DNA of 64,000 nt from Bacteroidia bacterium (GTDB lineage: Bacteria; Bacteroidota; Bacteroidia; SpSt-205), in NCBI GenBank assembly GCA_039630245.1, contig JBCNVK010000004.1, positions 5,403-69,402 on the forward strand. The letters run 5' to 3'. Positions 37,656 through 45,836 of the stretch are shown here, one piece after another (positions within the stretch are counted from its first letter, which is position 1; each line of letters opens with the position of its first letter). The translations under genes and the position numbers were made by a program. The notes below the pieces were generated by a model, which was not told the DNA's origin, searched no databases, and saw nothing but the letters and a program-made list of their open reading frames with translations.

Positions 37656-38756
37656 CTATACGGCGAAGCGGAAATAAATAATATCCCCATCCTGCACGAT
37701 GTAATCTTTGCCTTCTAGGCGGCGTTTGCCAGCCGCTTGGGCCCCCATCTCACCTCCATAGGCAACGAAATCGGCGAAGGCTGTTACTTCCGCCCGAATG
37801 AAGCCCTGTTCCATATCCGAGTGGATACGGCCGGCAGCTTGAGGGGCCCGCGAACCCTGCGGTAAGGTCCAGGCACGGATTTCCTTAGGCCCTACGGTAA
37901 AGAACGTAATAAGCCCCAGCAATTTATAGGCTGCGCGTATAAGCTGATTTAGCGCAGGTTCCCTAAGGCCGTACAGGCGGAGGAATTCGGTTCTTTCTTC
38001 AGGGGGGAGCTGAGCTATCTGCGCCTCTAAGGCTGCGCACAGGGTGAGCGCAGGGGCGCCTTCGGCTGCGGCGAGGGCAGCCACCGCCTCGCTGAATGCA
38101 TTTCCCTCAGGCAAACTGGCCTCAGCTACATTCGCTACATACAGCACCGGCTTAAGGGTAAGGAATTGGAAAGGGGCTAAGAGGCTCCGCTCCTCTGCGT
38201 CTAAGGGAAGTGTGCGAAGGGGCCGGGCTGCTTGAAGATGGGCTTCGGCGCGCTGGAGAAGCTCCCAGCGCTTTACCTCCTCAGGGGAGGCCTGAAGGCG
38301 AGCCACCTTCTCGGCCTTTTGAAGGGCTCGCTGAAGCGTCTCTAGATCCTTGAGCTGAAGTTCTAAATCCACTATTTCTTTATCGCGCACAGGGTCTGGC
38401 GCACCCTCTACATGGATAATCTCAGGATCCTCAAAGCAACGGAGCACATGGATAATAGCATCTACCGTGCGGATGTGCGCCAGAAACTGATTGCCTAAAC
38501 CAGCTCCAGCGTGGGCGCCCCGAACTAGCCCTGCAATATCTACTATGGTGAGGCTTGCTGGGGTAACCTTCTGCGTGGGCACTAAAGCAGCCAGCTGGTC
38601 TAGCCGTGGATCTGGCACGGGTACAATGGCCCGATTAGGTTCTACTGTGCAGAAGGGGAAATTAGCTGCAGCGGCTAGCGCACTGCCAGCCAGCGCATTG
38701 AATAGGGTGGATTTTCCTACGTTTGGCAGGCCTACTATTCCACAGGCTAAGCCCAT
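37656..38756 (-). CDS. ychF: Ribosome-binding ATPase YchF (Obg-family GTPase)
   Basis: N-terminal [19 protein letters not shown] and C-terminal TGS domain. Start trimmed to the conserved Met (366 aa). Confidence 0.9.
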   Translation of the reverse strand: MGLACGIVGLPNVGKSTLFNALAGSALAAAANFPFCTVEPNRAIVPVPDPRLDQLAALVPTQKVTPASLTIVDIAGLVRGAHAGAGLGNQFLAHIRTVDAIIHVLRCFEDPEIIHVEGAPDPVRDKEIVDLELQLKDLETLQRALQKAEKVARLQASPEEVKRWELLQRAEAHLQAARPLRTLPLDAEERSLLAPFQFLTLKPVLYVANVAEASLPEGNAFSEAVAALAAAEGAPALTLCAALEAQIAQLPPEERTEFLRLYGLREPALNQLIRAAYKLLGLITFFTVGPKEIRAWTLPQGSRAPQAAGRIHSDMEQGFIRAEVTAFADFVAYGGEMGAQAAGKRRLEGKDYIVQDGDIIYFRFAV

Positions 38757-38776
38757 GCGGGCAAATTTGGCGGCTC

Positions 38777-39244
38777 TTATTGGACGATGAGGGGGACGCG
38801 CGGACCATTTGGGAGGAAGCCATGCTTGCGCGACCAAAACCCAAATTGCACCCAGTAACGACCCTTTCGGTTAGGGGCCACCACAAAAACCCCCTGGACA
38901 TACTGGCGCGGCAAATCTCGCTCCCAGTTGTTGAAGGGATAGTGCTGCATAACTTTCCGGCCTGCCTTGTCATAAATTTCATAGCTCACGCCTACTGCTA
39001 CCGAGTCGGTACTTAGGGAGGGAAGGCGTGCGGCGTAATCCTGAAAGATATAGACCTCGGCTACGGTATAGCCATTACTCCAGCCAGCTTGTCGCGAAAC
39101 CCGCAGGAGGGTGTCTTTGGGCCAGAGGCGTAGCTTGCCAGCCTCTAGGGCCCGATAGACTACGGAAGTTTGAGGATGCGTAAGGATTTGGTAAGGCCCT
39201 TCAGGTACGCGAAAGTAGCGCGGGTTGAGCTGCCTAAATTGCAC
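38777..39244 (-). CDS. Hypothetical protein (155 aa)
   Basis: Clean ORF in an operon between the membrane protein and ychF. Confidence 0.4.
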   Translation of the reverse strand: MQFRQLNPRYFRVPEGPYQILTHPQTSVVYRALEAGKLRLWPKDTLLRVSRQAGWSNGYTVAEVYIFQDYAARLPSLSTDSVAVGVSYEIYDKAGRKVMQHYPFNNWERDLPRQYVQGVFVVAPNRKGRYWVQFGFWSRKHGFLPNGPRVPLIVQ

Positions 39245-39246
39245 CT

Positions 39247-40644
39247 CTATAGAACGTAGGCATGCTGCGTGGCCTGCGCCAGCGAATCCAAGTAGGCCAT
39301 GTCCCCTACAAGGGTAAAAAGCGCCGTACTATCTCGGCCTAAGCTGGCGGCATAAAGGAGGCTACTCATAGGCCAGGCGTAGGCGGTCCACACGTAGTAG
39401 TTGAATTCGGGTGTTAGACTAGCAAAATGAAGTATGGCCTTGAATTCGCCCTCTTGGCGGCAGCTTTCTACCAGACGGCGGGTATGCCCTAGGCTTAGCT
39501 CGAGCGTGCGTGCGGAATAGCCAATCCGAAGCGCATTTTCCATTATCAGGCCTGCGGCTAAGAGGCTTCCTACTATTTTTTCGCTGGGCCTTTTCAGCCA
39601 GGCGAGGCCCGTGAAGGTGCCTACGCCGAGGGGGACGATTACGCCGAGCCCATAAAACTCCATGGCGGCGGGATGTTCGCCCTGCCAGAGGTAAATGGTG
39701 AGGTATAGCGCCGCTGCTAGGCTTGCGCTCACCACCGCTAAGAGGAGGCCCACCCCGCTCCAGCCATAACCTATGGGAAGGTAAAACCCTACTAGAGCTG
39801 TAACCATCAAGGTAAAGGGGTGATGGAAGGGGTAGAAATTCTTAAGATAGATACCCATGCGTGAGGCCCCAAAGCCTTGGCTGAAGAGTGTGCGAAGCTT
39901 AGTCAGGAGCTCACTCAGCGGCACGGCCTTCGTAGCTTCATAGCCGGTCAGAAATACAAAGTACTTCAGAGCGACTAAGGTGAGGCTCAAGCCTACTAGG
40001 CTAGCGCTGAGCCAGAGGTCTTTTCGGCGGCTGAGAAAAAAGACCAGCAAAGCTCCTTCTAAAAGTACAAAACCGCTTATAGGGTGCGCAAAGAAGAGCC
40101 CAGCGATGGCTAAGCTAAGCCCCAGCGCTAAGTAAAAGTAGCGCACACGTGAGGTCCTTTGAAGGGCCATAAGCCAAATCGCCGTACTACTCCCAGCTAA
40201 AGAGAGAGCCAGCGTAGCGGAATTTGTACTGTAAAACACATCGCGCGAAAGAAGATACGGTAGAGTAGGCAGAAAAGCCAGGCATTTTTCTTCCAAAGCA
40301 TCCGCCAGTCTATACACCACTATGAATCCCAAGAGCCCGACCAGAAGGTAGCCCAAGGAAAATAGAGCTAAGACGGCGTGGAAAGGCAGGCCCAGCTTTA
40401 CGCCTAGCCAGGTAGGGCCATGCGCTAGAAGATGCGCATACCGCTGGTGGTAAATAGCTATATCTCCTAACCCTACAAGGCGATAAAAAAGGTAAGCCCA
40501 GTCGTACCAAAAGGCCCTTTCCTGAGCAAAGACCAGAGAAAGAAGGGCAAAATAGATCCATACTCCCCAGCCTAGGTGCAGGAGAAATTTCTGAAAAATC
40601 CTACTCAGATCTTCTTGGGCTGGTGCAGAAAGGGGGAATCGCAT
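39247..40644 (-). CDS. Polytopic membrane protein (possible GT39/83-like glycosyltransferase or DUF2079). Start moved to ATG 40644.
   Basis: About 12 TM helices. A TATCTTTG motif lies 6 nt upstream of the ATG on the minus strand. Confidence 0.5.
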   Translation of the reverse strand: MRFPLSAPAQEDLSRIFQKFLLHLGWGVWIYFALLSLVFAQERAFWYDWAYLFYRLVGLGDIAIYHQRYAHLLAHGPTWLGVKLGLPFHAVLALFSLGYLLVGLLGFIVVYRLADALEEKCLAFLPTLPYLLSRDVFYSTNSATLALSLAGSSTAIWLMALQRTSRVRYFYLALGLSLAIAGLFFAHPISGFVLLEGALLVFFLSRRKDLWLSASLVGLSLTLVALKYFVFLTGYEATKAVPLSELLTKLRTLFSQGFGASRMGIYLKNFYPFHHPFTLMVTALVGFYLPIGYGWSGVGLLLAVVSASLAAALYLTIYLWQGEHPAAMEFYGLGVIVPLGVGTFTGLAWLKRPSEKIVGSLLAAGLIMENALRIGYSARTLELSLGHTRRLVESCRQEGEFKAILHFASLTPEFNYYVWTAYAWPMSSLLYAASLGRDSTALFTLVGDMAYLDSLAQATQHAYVL

Positions 40645-40701
40645 CGCCGCCAAAGATAGCGGGAAGCTATAAGGGATAGGCGTTTCACCGTATTTTTGGC
40701 C

Positions 40702-43700
40702 ATGCGCCGGCTTTTATATGGTCTGGCGGGAGGGCTGGGAATTCTCCTTCTACTGGCCCTGGTTATACCCTTTTTCCTGCGCGATAAGGTGGATGCGCTC
40801 CTGAAAGCCCAGATAAATAAAAGTCTCAACGCCGTAGTAGATTACAATCGGCTGAGCCTTTCTTTCTTTCGGCACTTTCCAGCCCTTACTCTACGGCTAG
40901 AGGGGCTTAGAGTCGTCAATAAAGCTCCTTTTACCGGAGATACGCTGCTGGCCTGTGAGGCCCTTGACGTGGGAGTGAATGTGTGGAAGGCTCTGAAAGG
41001 GGAGGTAGAAGTTACGCGGTTTTACCTTATTCGGCCGCGCATACTTGCTCAGGTACGCCGCGATGGTCAGGCCAGCTGGGCGATTACCTTGCCCGATACG
41101 ACGGCTGCGCCAAAGGCCGCTGAGCCAGCTGATACAGGCGCTTTTCGCCTAGCGCTTCATCGCTATGTCATTCAGGACGGCTGGGTGGCTTACCATGACT
41201 CCGCCGCAGGCCTCTTTGCCCGACTGGAAGGCCTCACCCACACGGGCCAAGGCGACTTCAGCCAAAAGGAATTACAGCTGGAAACCGACACGCGCATTGC
41301 GCGCACTTTCTTCACTATGGGCGAGACAAGCTATCTCACAGGCCAAACGCTGGCGGCAGGCATAGATTTAGACATAGACTTTCCGAATGCCCGCTACACC
41401 CTTCGACGAGGCCTAGTGCAGCTAAATGACCTCAGGCTGGAGCTTAGCGGTAAGATCAGCCGGCCTGATACCCTCACTACCCTATTGGACTTGCGCTTTG
41501 CGGCGCCGAAAGCCTCCCTAAAGGAGCTTCTCTCACTCATACCTGCCGTTTTTCGGAAGGGTTATGAGAGCCTTTCCACGGAAGGCGCTTTGACGCTGGA
41601 GGGGTATGTACAAGGGGAGCTACGGGATTCCCTTTTGCCGGCTTTCGGGCTTTCCTTGCGTGTGGAAAAAGGCAAGGTAATCTACAAAGACCTACCTAAG
41701 CCGCTGGAGGATGTGGAAATACGCCTCAAGGTGGAAAATCCCGCCTCTACCTTGGAAAGCCTACAGGTAGCCTTAGACACTTTTCACCTACGCGCAGGGA
41801 GTACACGGCTTAGCCTACGCTACCGTAGCCGAGGCTTACGCACCCTCAATCTAGAAGCTATCGCCACGGGCCAAGGTAATTTAGCCGACTTTGCCAGCGC
41901 TCTGCCTTTGGGCTACGAATTGCGCGGAAACTTTGACTTAGGCCTGAATATCCAAGGCACCTATGCCAAAAATCGCCTCCCGGCTATTGCGGGCCGCTTC
42001 AGCCTGCAAGAGGGGTATGTCAAAGCTGCAGCTTTTCCTACGGCCGCCGAAAATATCGCCATAGAGTTTGCGGCGGAAAGTCCTGATGCCTCACCGGCCC
42101 GCACCACAGCCACCCTACGGCGCCTCTATGCCGTAGTCGCAGGCGAACCCATAGAAGCCAACCTCAGCGTACAGAATTTAGAGGCCCTCAATTACCAAGC
42201 CGAAATAAAAGCCCGGGCGGACTTGGAGAAGCTGGCGCACCTTTTACCCTTGGACAGCACCCAGCTGGCGGGTAAAGTGGCGCTGCAGCTCAGTACGCGT
42301 GGCAGCCGTGAGGCCTTAGAAAAGCACGATTACACCCGCCTGCCTACTCAGGGGTCTCTGGCGATTCAAAATTTAGCCTACCGCAGTCCGGCTCTGCCCC
42401 AAGGCCTAAATATCCAGCAGGCCAATTTTAGCTTCACGCCGCGGTATGCAGAACTGCAAGGCTACAAAGGGACCATAGGAAACTCGGATATTGCGCTGGA
42501 TGGCCGCCTAGAAAACTACCTAGGCTACCTCCTAAAAGATGAGAAGATCATAGGCCAGCTCAGCCTGAGAAGTAATCATCTGGACCTCAACCAGTGGGTT
42601 TCCAAAGAGCCTGCGCCCCAGCCCCAGCAGCCAGCCGACACCAGCGCGCCCTTAGAAGTAGTAGTGCTTCCCGCCAATATTGACTTCACCTTTGAGGCCC
42701 AGATAGGCGAAATGCTGTATGAAAAAATGCGGTTTCGGAACGCGCGCGGGCGCATTATTCTGCGTGACCAGGCACTGAAATTAGAAGGTTTTGAAATGGA
42801 AGGCTTTGGGGGTAAGTTTGCGCTGGAGGGCAAATATATCGCCCCGGATAAGCAAAATGCCCGCTGGGACATGGGATTTGAACTGCGTGGCGTACAGGTA
42901 GAGGAGGTAGTGCCCCATTTTCCTACTATCCAGAAGCTAAGCCCGATTGTAAAGCGTACCCGAGGTCAAGTTAGCCTTTCGCTTAAGGCAGCCAGTGCTT
43001 TGAAGCCTGACCTTACGCCCGATTTAGCGACGCTCTCGGGAAGCGGTTTAGTGGAGGTTTTACAAGCCACTGTAGAGGGTTCTACAGCCCTCTCGGCCTT
43101 TTCGGCCGCGGCTAAGTTGCCGGCTCTCACGCCCATGCAGCTGAGTAACACCCGCATTCGCTTCCAGCTGCGTAATGGCGAGCTTTTGGTAGAGCCTTTT
43201 ACCGTAGCCGCTGGCCAATACAAGCTGGAAGTAGGCGGCGTAACCCGCTTAGACCAAACGATAGACTATGTGATGGGGCTGGAAGTGCCGGCGAGCTGGG
43301 CGCAAGGTGCGCTTCAAGCCCTAGGCCTGCCCTTAGCCGAGGGAACTACCGTGCGGCTTTTGGCGGATGTAGGCGGTAGCGTAACTCAGCCGAAAGTAAA
43401 AGGCATTCGGCCCGCCCAAGGGCGCGGCGGGGGCGTTTCCGAAGCCGCTACGGCACGCTTAGAAGCCGAAAAGCAGCGTTTGGAAGCCGAGCTGCGTGCG
43501 CGAGAGGATAGCCTACGCCGAGCCTTAGAGCAAAAGCAGCGCGAGGAGGCCGAGCGGCTGCGTCGTGAGGCGGAAGAGCGTGCCCGTCAGGAGCAAGAGC
43601 GCCTCCGCCGCGAAGCCGAAGAGCGCGCCCGCCAAGAGCAAGAACGCCTCCAACGCGAGGCCGAAGAACGCGCCCGCCAGCTGGAGGAGGAAAAACGCAA

Positions 43701-43743
43701 AAAGGAAGAAGAGCTGCGCCGGCACCTTCCCTTCGGTCGCTGA
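40702..43743 (+). CDS. AsmA-family outer-membrane assembly/lipid-transport-like protein with a C-terminal EAEERARQEQERLRR coiled-coil repeat
   Basis: N-terminal TM anchor, a long beta-rich AsmA/DUF748-like body, and a C-terminal charged repeat. Start ATG 40702 is preceded by a TATTTTTG motif. Confidence 0.6.
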   Translation: MRRLLYGLAGGLGILLLLALVIPFFLRDKVDALLKAQINKSLNAVVDYNRLSLSFFRHFPALTLRLEGLRVVNKAPFTGDTLLACEALDVGVNVWKALKGEVEVTRFYLIRPRILAQVRRDGQASWAITLPDTTAAPKAAEPADTGAFRLALHRYVIQDGWVAYHDSAAGLFARLEGLTHTGQGDFSQKELQLETDTRIARTFFTMGETSYLTGQTLAAGIDLDIDFPNARYTLRRGLVQLNDLRLELSGKISRPDTLTTLLDLRFAAPKASLKELLSLIPAVFRKGYESLSTEGALTLEGYVQGELRDSLLPAFGLSLRVEKGKVIYKDLPKPLEDVEIRLKVENPASTLESLQVALDTFHLRAGSTRLSLRYRSRGLRTLNLEAIATGQGNLADFASALPLGYELRGNFDLGLNIQGTYAKNRLPAIAGRFSLQEGYVKAAAFPTAAENIAIEFAAESPDASPARTTATLRRLYAVVAGEPIEANLSVQNLEALNYQAEIKARADLEKLAHLLPLDSTQLAGKVALQLSTRGSREALEKHDYTRLPTQGSLAIQNLAYRSPALPQGLNIQQANFSFTPRYAELQGYKGTIGNSDIALDGRLENYLGYLLKDEKIIGQLSLRSNHLDLNQWVSKEPAPQPQQPADTSAPLEVVVLPANIDFTFEAQIGEMLYEKMRFRNARGRIILRDQALKLEGFEMEGFGGKFALEGKYIAPDKQNARWDMGFELRGVQVEEVVPHFPTIQKLSPIVKRTRGQVSLSLKAASALKPDLTPDLATLSGSGLVEVLQATVEGSTALSAFSAAAKLPALTPMQLSNTRIRFQLRNGELLVEPFTVAAGQYKLEVGGVTRLDQTIDYVMGLEVPASWAQGALQALGLPLAEGTTVRLLADVGGSVTQPKVKGIRPAQGRGGGVSEAATARLEAEKQRLEAELRAREDSLRRALEQKQREEAERLRREAEERARQEQERLRREAEERARQEQERLQREAEERARQLEEEKRKKEEELRRHLPFGR
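43564..43680 (+). repeat. About 2.6 imperfect tandem copies of a 45-bp unit inside the AsmA-family gene (encodes EAEERARQEQERLRR)
   Basis: The units at 43564-43608, 43609-43653 and 43654-43680 differ mostly at synonymous positions. Confidence 0.7.
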
Positions 43744-44033
43744 TGGCTATCTGGCGATGGGTGGAGCTTCCCATCCGAACTGAAAGCGTGGAGTTTGTAC
43801 AGGGCCTTCTGGCCCAGCATGCACCCAAGGTACGGGCCTTTCCAGGCTGCCAAGCCCTTCACCTCTACGCCGGCGAGGGCCCTACCTTTTACTCCTTCAG
43901 CCAGTGGGCTACCTCCACCGATTTAGAAACTTACCGCCAGAGCTCCCTCTTTCGGACTTTTTGGGAGCAGCTCCGACCGCATTTTCGGGCGCAGCCGCGT
44001 GCCTTTAGCCTCACCCTTCTTGCCAGCTACTGA
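43743..44033 (+). CDS. ABM (antibiotic biosynthesis monooxygenase / Dabb, IsdG-like fold) family protein, 96 aa
   Basis: ABM pattern (VRAFPGCQALHLYAGEGPTFYSFSQWATSTDLETYRQS). TGATG-coupled on both sides. Confidence 0.6.
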   Translation: MAIWRWVELPIRTESVEFVQGLLAQHAPKVRAFPGCQALHLYAGEGPTFYSFSQWATSTDLETYRQSSLFRTFWEQLRPHFRAQPRAFSLTLLASY

Positions 44034-45124
44034 TGCCCTGGCGCCTCTACCGTCGGCCCATCTTAGCGAACTACTACCTAACCTACCGCTGTAATGCTGC
44101 CTGCTCCTTCTGCAATATCTGGCAGAAGCCATCCCCTTACGCCGATGTACCTACGGTACTTGAAAACCTGCGCGCCCTGCGCCGGCTGGGCGTGCGGATT
44201 ATTGACTTTACCGGTGGGGAGCCGCTCCTTCACAGAGCTCTTCCCCTTTTCTTAGAGGCGGCTCAGCGCTTAGGCTTCCTTACCACCGTAACGACCAACG
44301 GCCTCCTCTACCCCAAGCGAGCCCGAGAGCTCCAAGGGAAGGTAGACCTTCTCCATTTCTCTCTGGATGCCGCCACACCCGCAGGCCATAATACCCTGCG
44401 CGGGGGCGTACCTTGCTTTGAATTCATCCAAGAAAGCCTGAAAATAGCCCAAAAGCTTGGTGAAAAGCCTGACATCCTATTCACCGTTTCTAACGAAAAT
44501 TGGCAGGACATAGAGGAAGTCTATGCCAGATTTGTGCGGCCTTACGGGCTTATCCTGATACTCAATCCTATTTTTGCTTACAGCGAGGTTGGCACAAATA
44601 GCCTTTCGCCTGAGGTGGTGGCATTTCTCCGCCAGTGGGCGCGCAAGAAAGCCGACGTCTACCTGAATGAAGCCTTTCTACGGCTGCGTGCGGCTGGGGG
44701 GAATAGCCCCTACCGGCCCGTATGCCGAGCCAGCTCCGTGGCCGTAGTAATTTCGCCCGACAATCAGCTACTGCTGCCCTGCTACCATGCGCAGGAACGC
44801 GGCTATGCCTTCCCTATAAACGGCCAGCTCGAGAAGCTCTACTACAGTCCGCCTGTTCAGCACCTGCGGGCTTTAGAGGGGCGATTTAGCTTTTGCCAGG
44901 GATGTGCTATCAATTGCTATATGGAGCCCAGCTTTGCGGTAGAGCTAAACTCTTACTTTTGGGCTTCGCTACCCAGTACGCTGCGGTACATGCGCCGCAA
45001 ATGGGGTGTCGCAGGCGTACTACGGCTTTGGTGGCGCGTGACTTTCCCGCCTGGCTGGCGCTCAGCGGATAAGCTGGAAACGCTCACCCAAATAAACCCG
45101 CCGCACCTCGGGGTCCTGCGCTAA
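44033..45124 (+). CDS. Radical SAM protein with a C-terminal Cys cluster (SPASM/twitch-like)
   Basis: CxxxCxxC ([10 protein letters not shown]), [10 protein letters not shown] glycine-rich SAM motif, and C-terminal FCQGCAINC. Confidence 0.75.
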   Translation: MPWRLYRRPILANYYLTYRCNAACSFCNIWQKPSPYADVPTVLENLRALRRLGVRIIDFTGGEPLLHRALPLFLEAAQRLGFLTTVTTNGLLYPKRARELQGKVDLLHFSLDAATPAGHNTLRGGVPCFEFIQESLKIAQKLGEKPDILFTVSNENWQDIEEVYARFVRPYGLILILNPIFAYSEVGTNSLSPEVVAFLRQWARKKADVYLNEAFLRLRAAGGNSPYRPVCRASSVAVVISPDNQLLLPCYHAQERGYAFPINGQLEKLYYSPPVQHLRALEGRFSFCQGCAINCYMEPSFAVELNSYFWASLPSTLRYMRRKWGVAGVLRLWWRVTFPPGWRSADKLETLTQINPPHLGVLR

Positions 45125-45790
45125 GGCTTCGGCGGCACCCTCGCGCAGGATCCGACCCCCATGGAGAAGGTAGGCCCGCTGCGTAATGCTCAAGGTCTCA
45201 TGCACATTATGGTCGGTGATAAGAATGCCTATGCCCCGTTGAGCCAGACGCACAATAATCCCCTGTATCTCTTCCACAGCAATCGGGTCTACGCCCGCGA
45301 AGGGCTCATCCAAAAGCAGGAAACGCGGTTCTACGGCCAGAGCGCGCGCAATTTCGGTTCGGCGGCGCTCTCCCCCCGAAAGCTGCTGGCCTAGCGAATG
45401 CCGCACCCGCTGCAGGCTAAACTCCTCCAAAAGCGCCTCTATACGCTCCCGAATCTGCTTTCGGCTTAGCCCCGGACGCAGCTCAAGCACCGTGCGCAGA
45501 TTATCCTCTACGCTCATGCGCCGAAATACCGAAGCCTCCTGCGGCAGGTAGCCGATGCCCATTTGGGCCCGCTTGTACATAGGTAGGTGGGTAATGCGCT
45601 CCGCCCCTAAATAAATCTCGCCCGCATCCGGCCGAATAAAGCCCACAATCATGTAGAAGGTCGTAGTTTTTCCTGCGCCATTGGGGCCCAGCAGCCCCAC
45701 GATTTCCCCGGGCGCCAGCTGAAGGGAGACCTGATCCACTACCTTGCGCTTGCCATAAGTTTTCTGGAGGTTCTCAGCGCGCAGAAGCAT
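45062..45790 (-). CDS. lptB: LPS export ABC transporter ATP-binding protein
   Basis: Walker [10 protein letters not shown], signature LSGGERRR, Walker [12 protein letters not shown]. Start set to the ATG preceded by TATTTTTG. Confidence 0.85.
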   Translation of the reverse strand: MLLRAENLQKTYGKRKVVDQVSLQLAPGEIVGLLGPNGAGKTTTFYMIVGFIRPDAGEIYLGAERITHLPMYKRAQMGIGYLPQEASVFRRMSVEDNLRTVLELRPGLSRKQIRERIEALLEEFSLQRVRHSLGQQLSGGERRRTEIARALAVEPRFLLLDEPFAGVDPIAVEEIQGIIVRLAQRGIGILITDHNVHETLSITQRAYLLHGGRILREGAAEALAQDPEVRRVYLGERFQLIR

Positions 45791-45824
45791 GTGCAAAAAT
45801 AGGCGCAGAGGACCTGGGGTAGGC

Positions 45825-45832
45825 TACCTTTG
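45825..45832 (+). promoter_or_regulatory. TACCTTTG -7 element, 4 nt upstream of the carB GTG. The divergent lptB element TATTTTTG (minus strand, plus-strand 45794-45801) is 3 nt upstream of its ATG.
   Basis: A 46-bp divergent intergenic region holds both motifs. Confidence 0.55.
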
Positions 45833-45836
45833 TAGC

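Noticed and set aside
43555-43690. Repetitive GC-rich segment that might be a CRISPR-like or minisatellite array
   Set aside because: It lies in-frame inside the AsmA-family gene and encodes a coiled-coil repeat. The units are contiguous with no spacers and diverge at synonymous sites.
45789-45836. ORF-track N-terminal extension of carB ([16 protein letters not shown]...)
   Set aside because: It overlaps the divergent lptB start and the promoter motifs. The carB homology begins only at the GTG at 45837.
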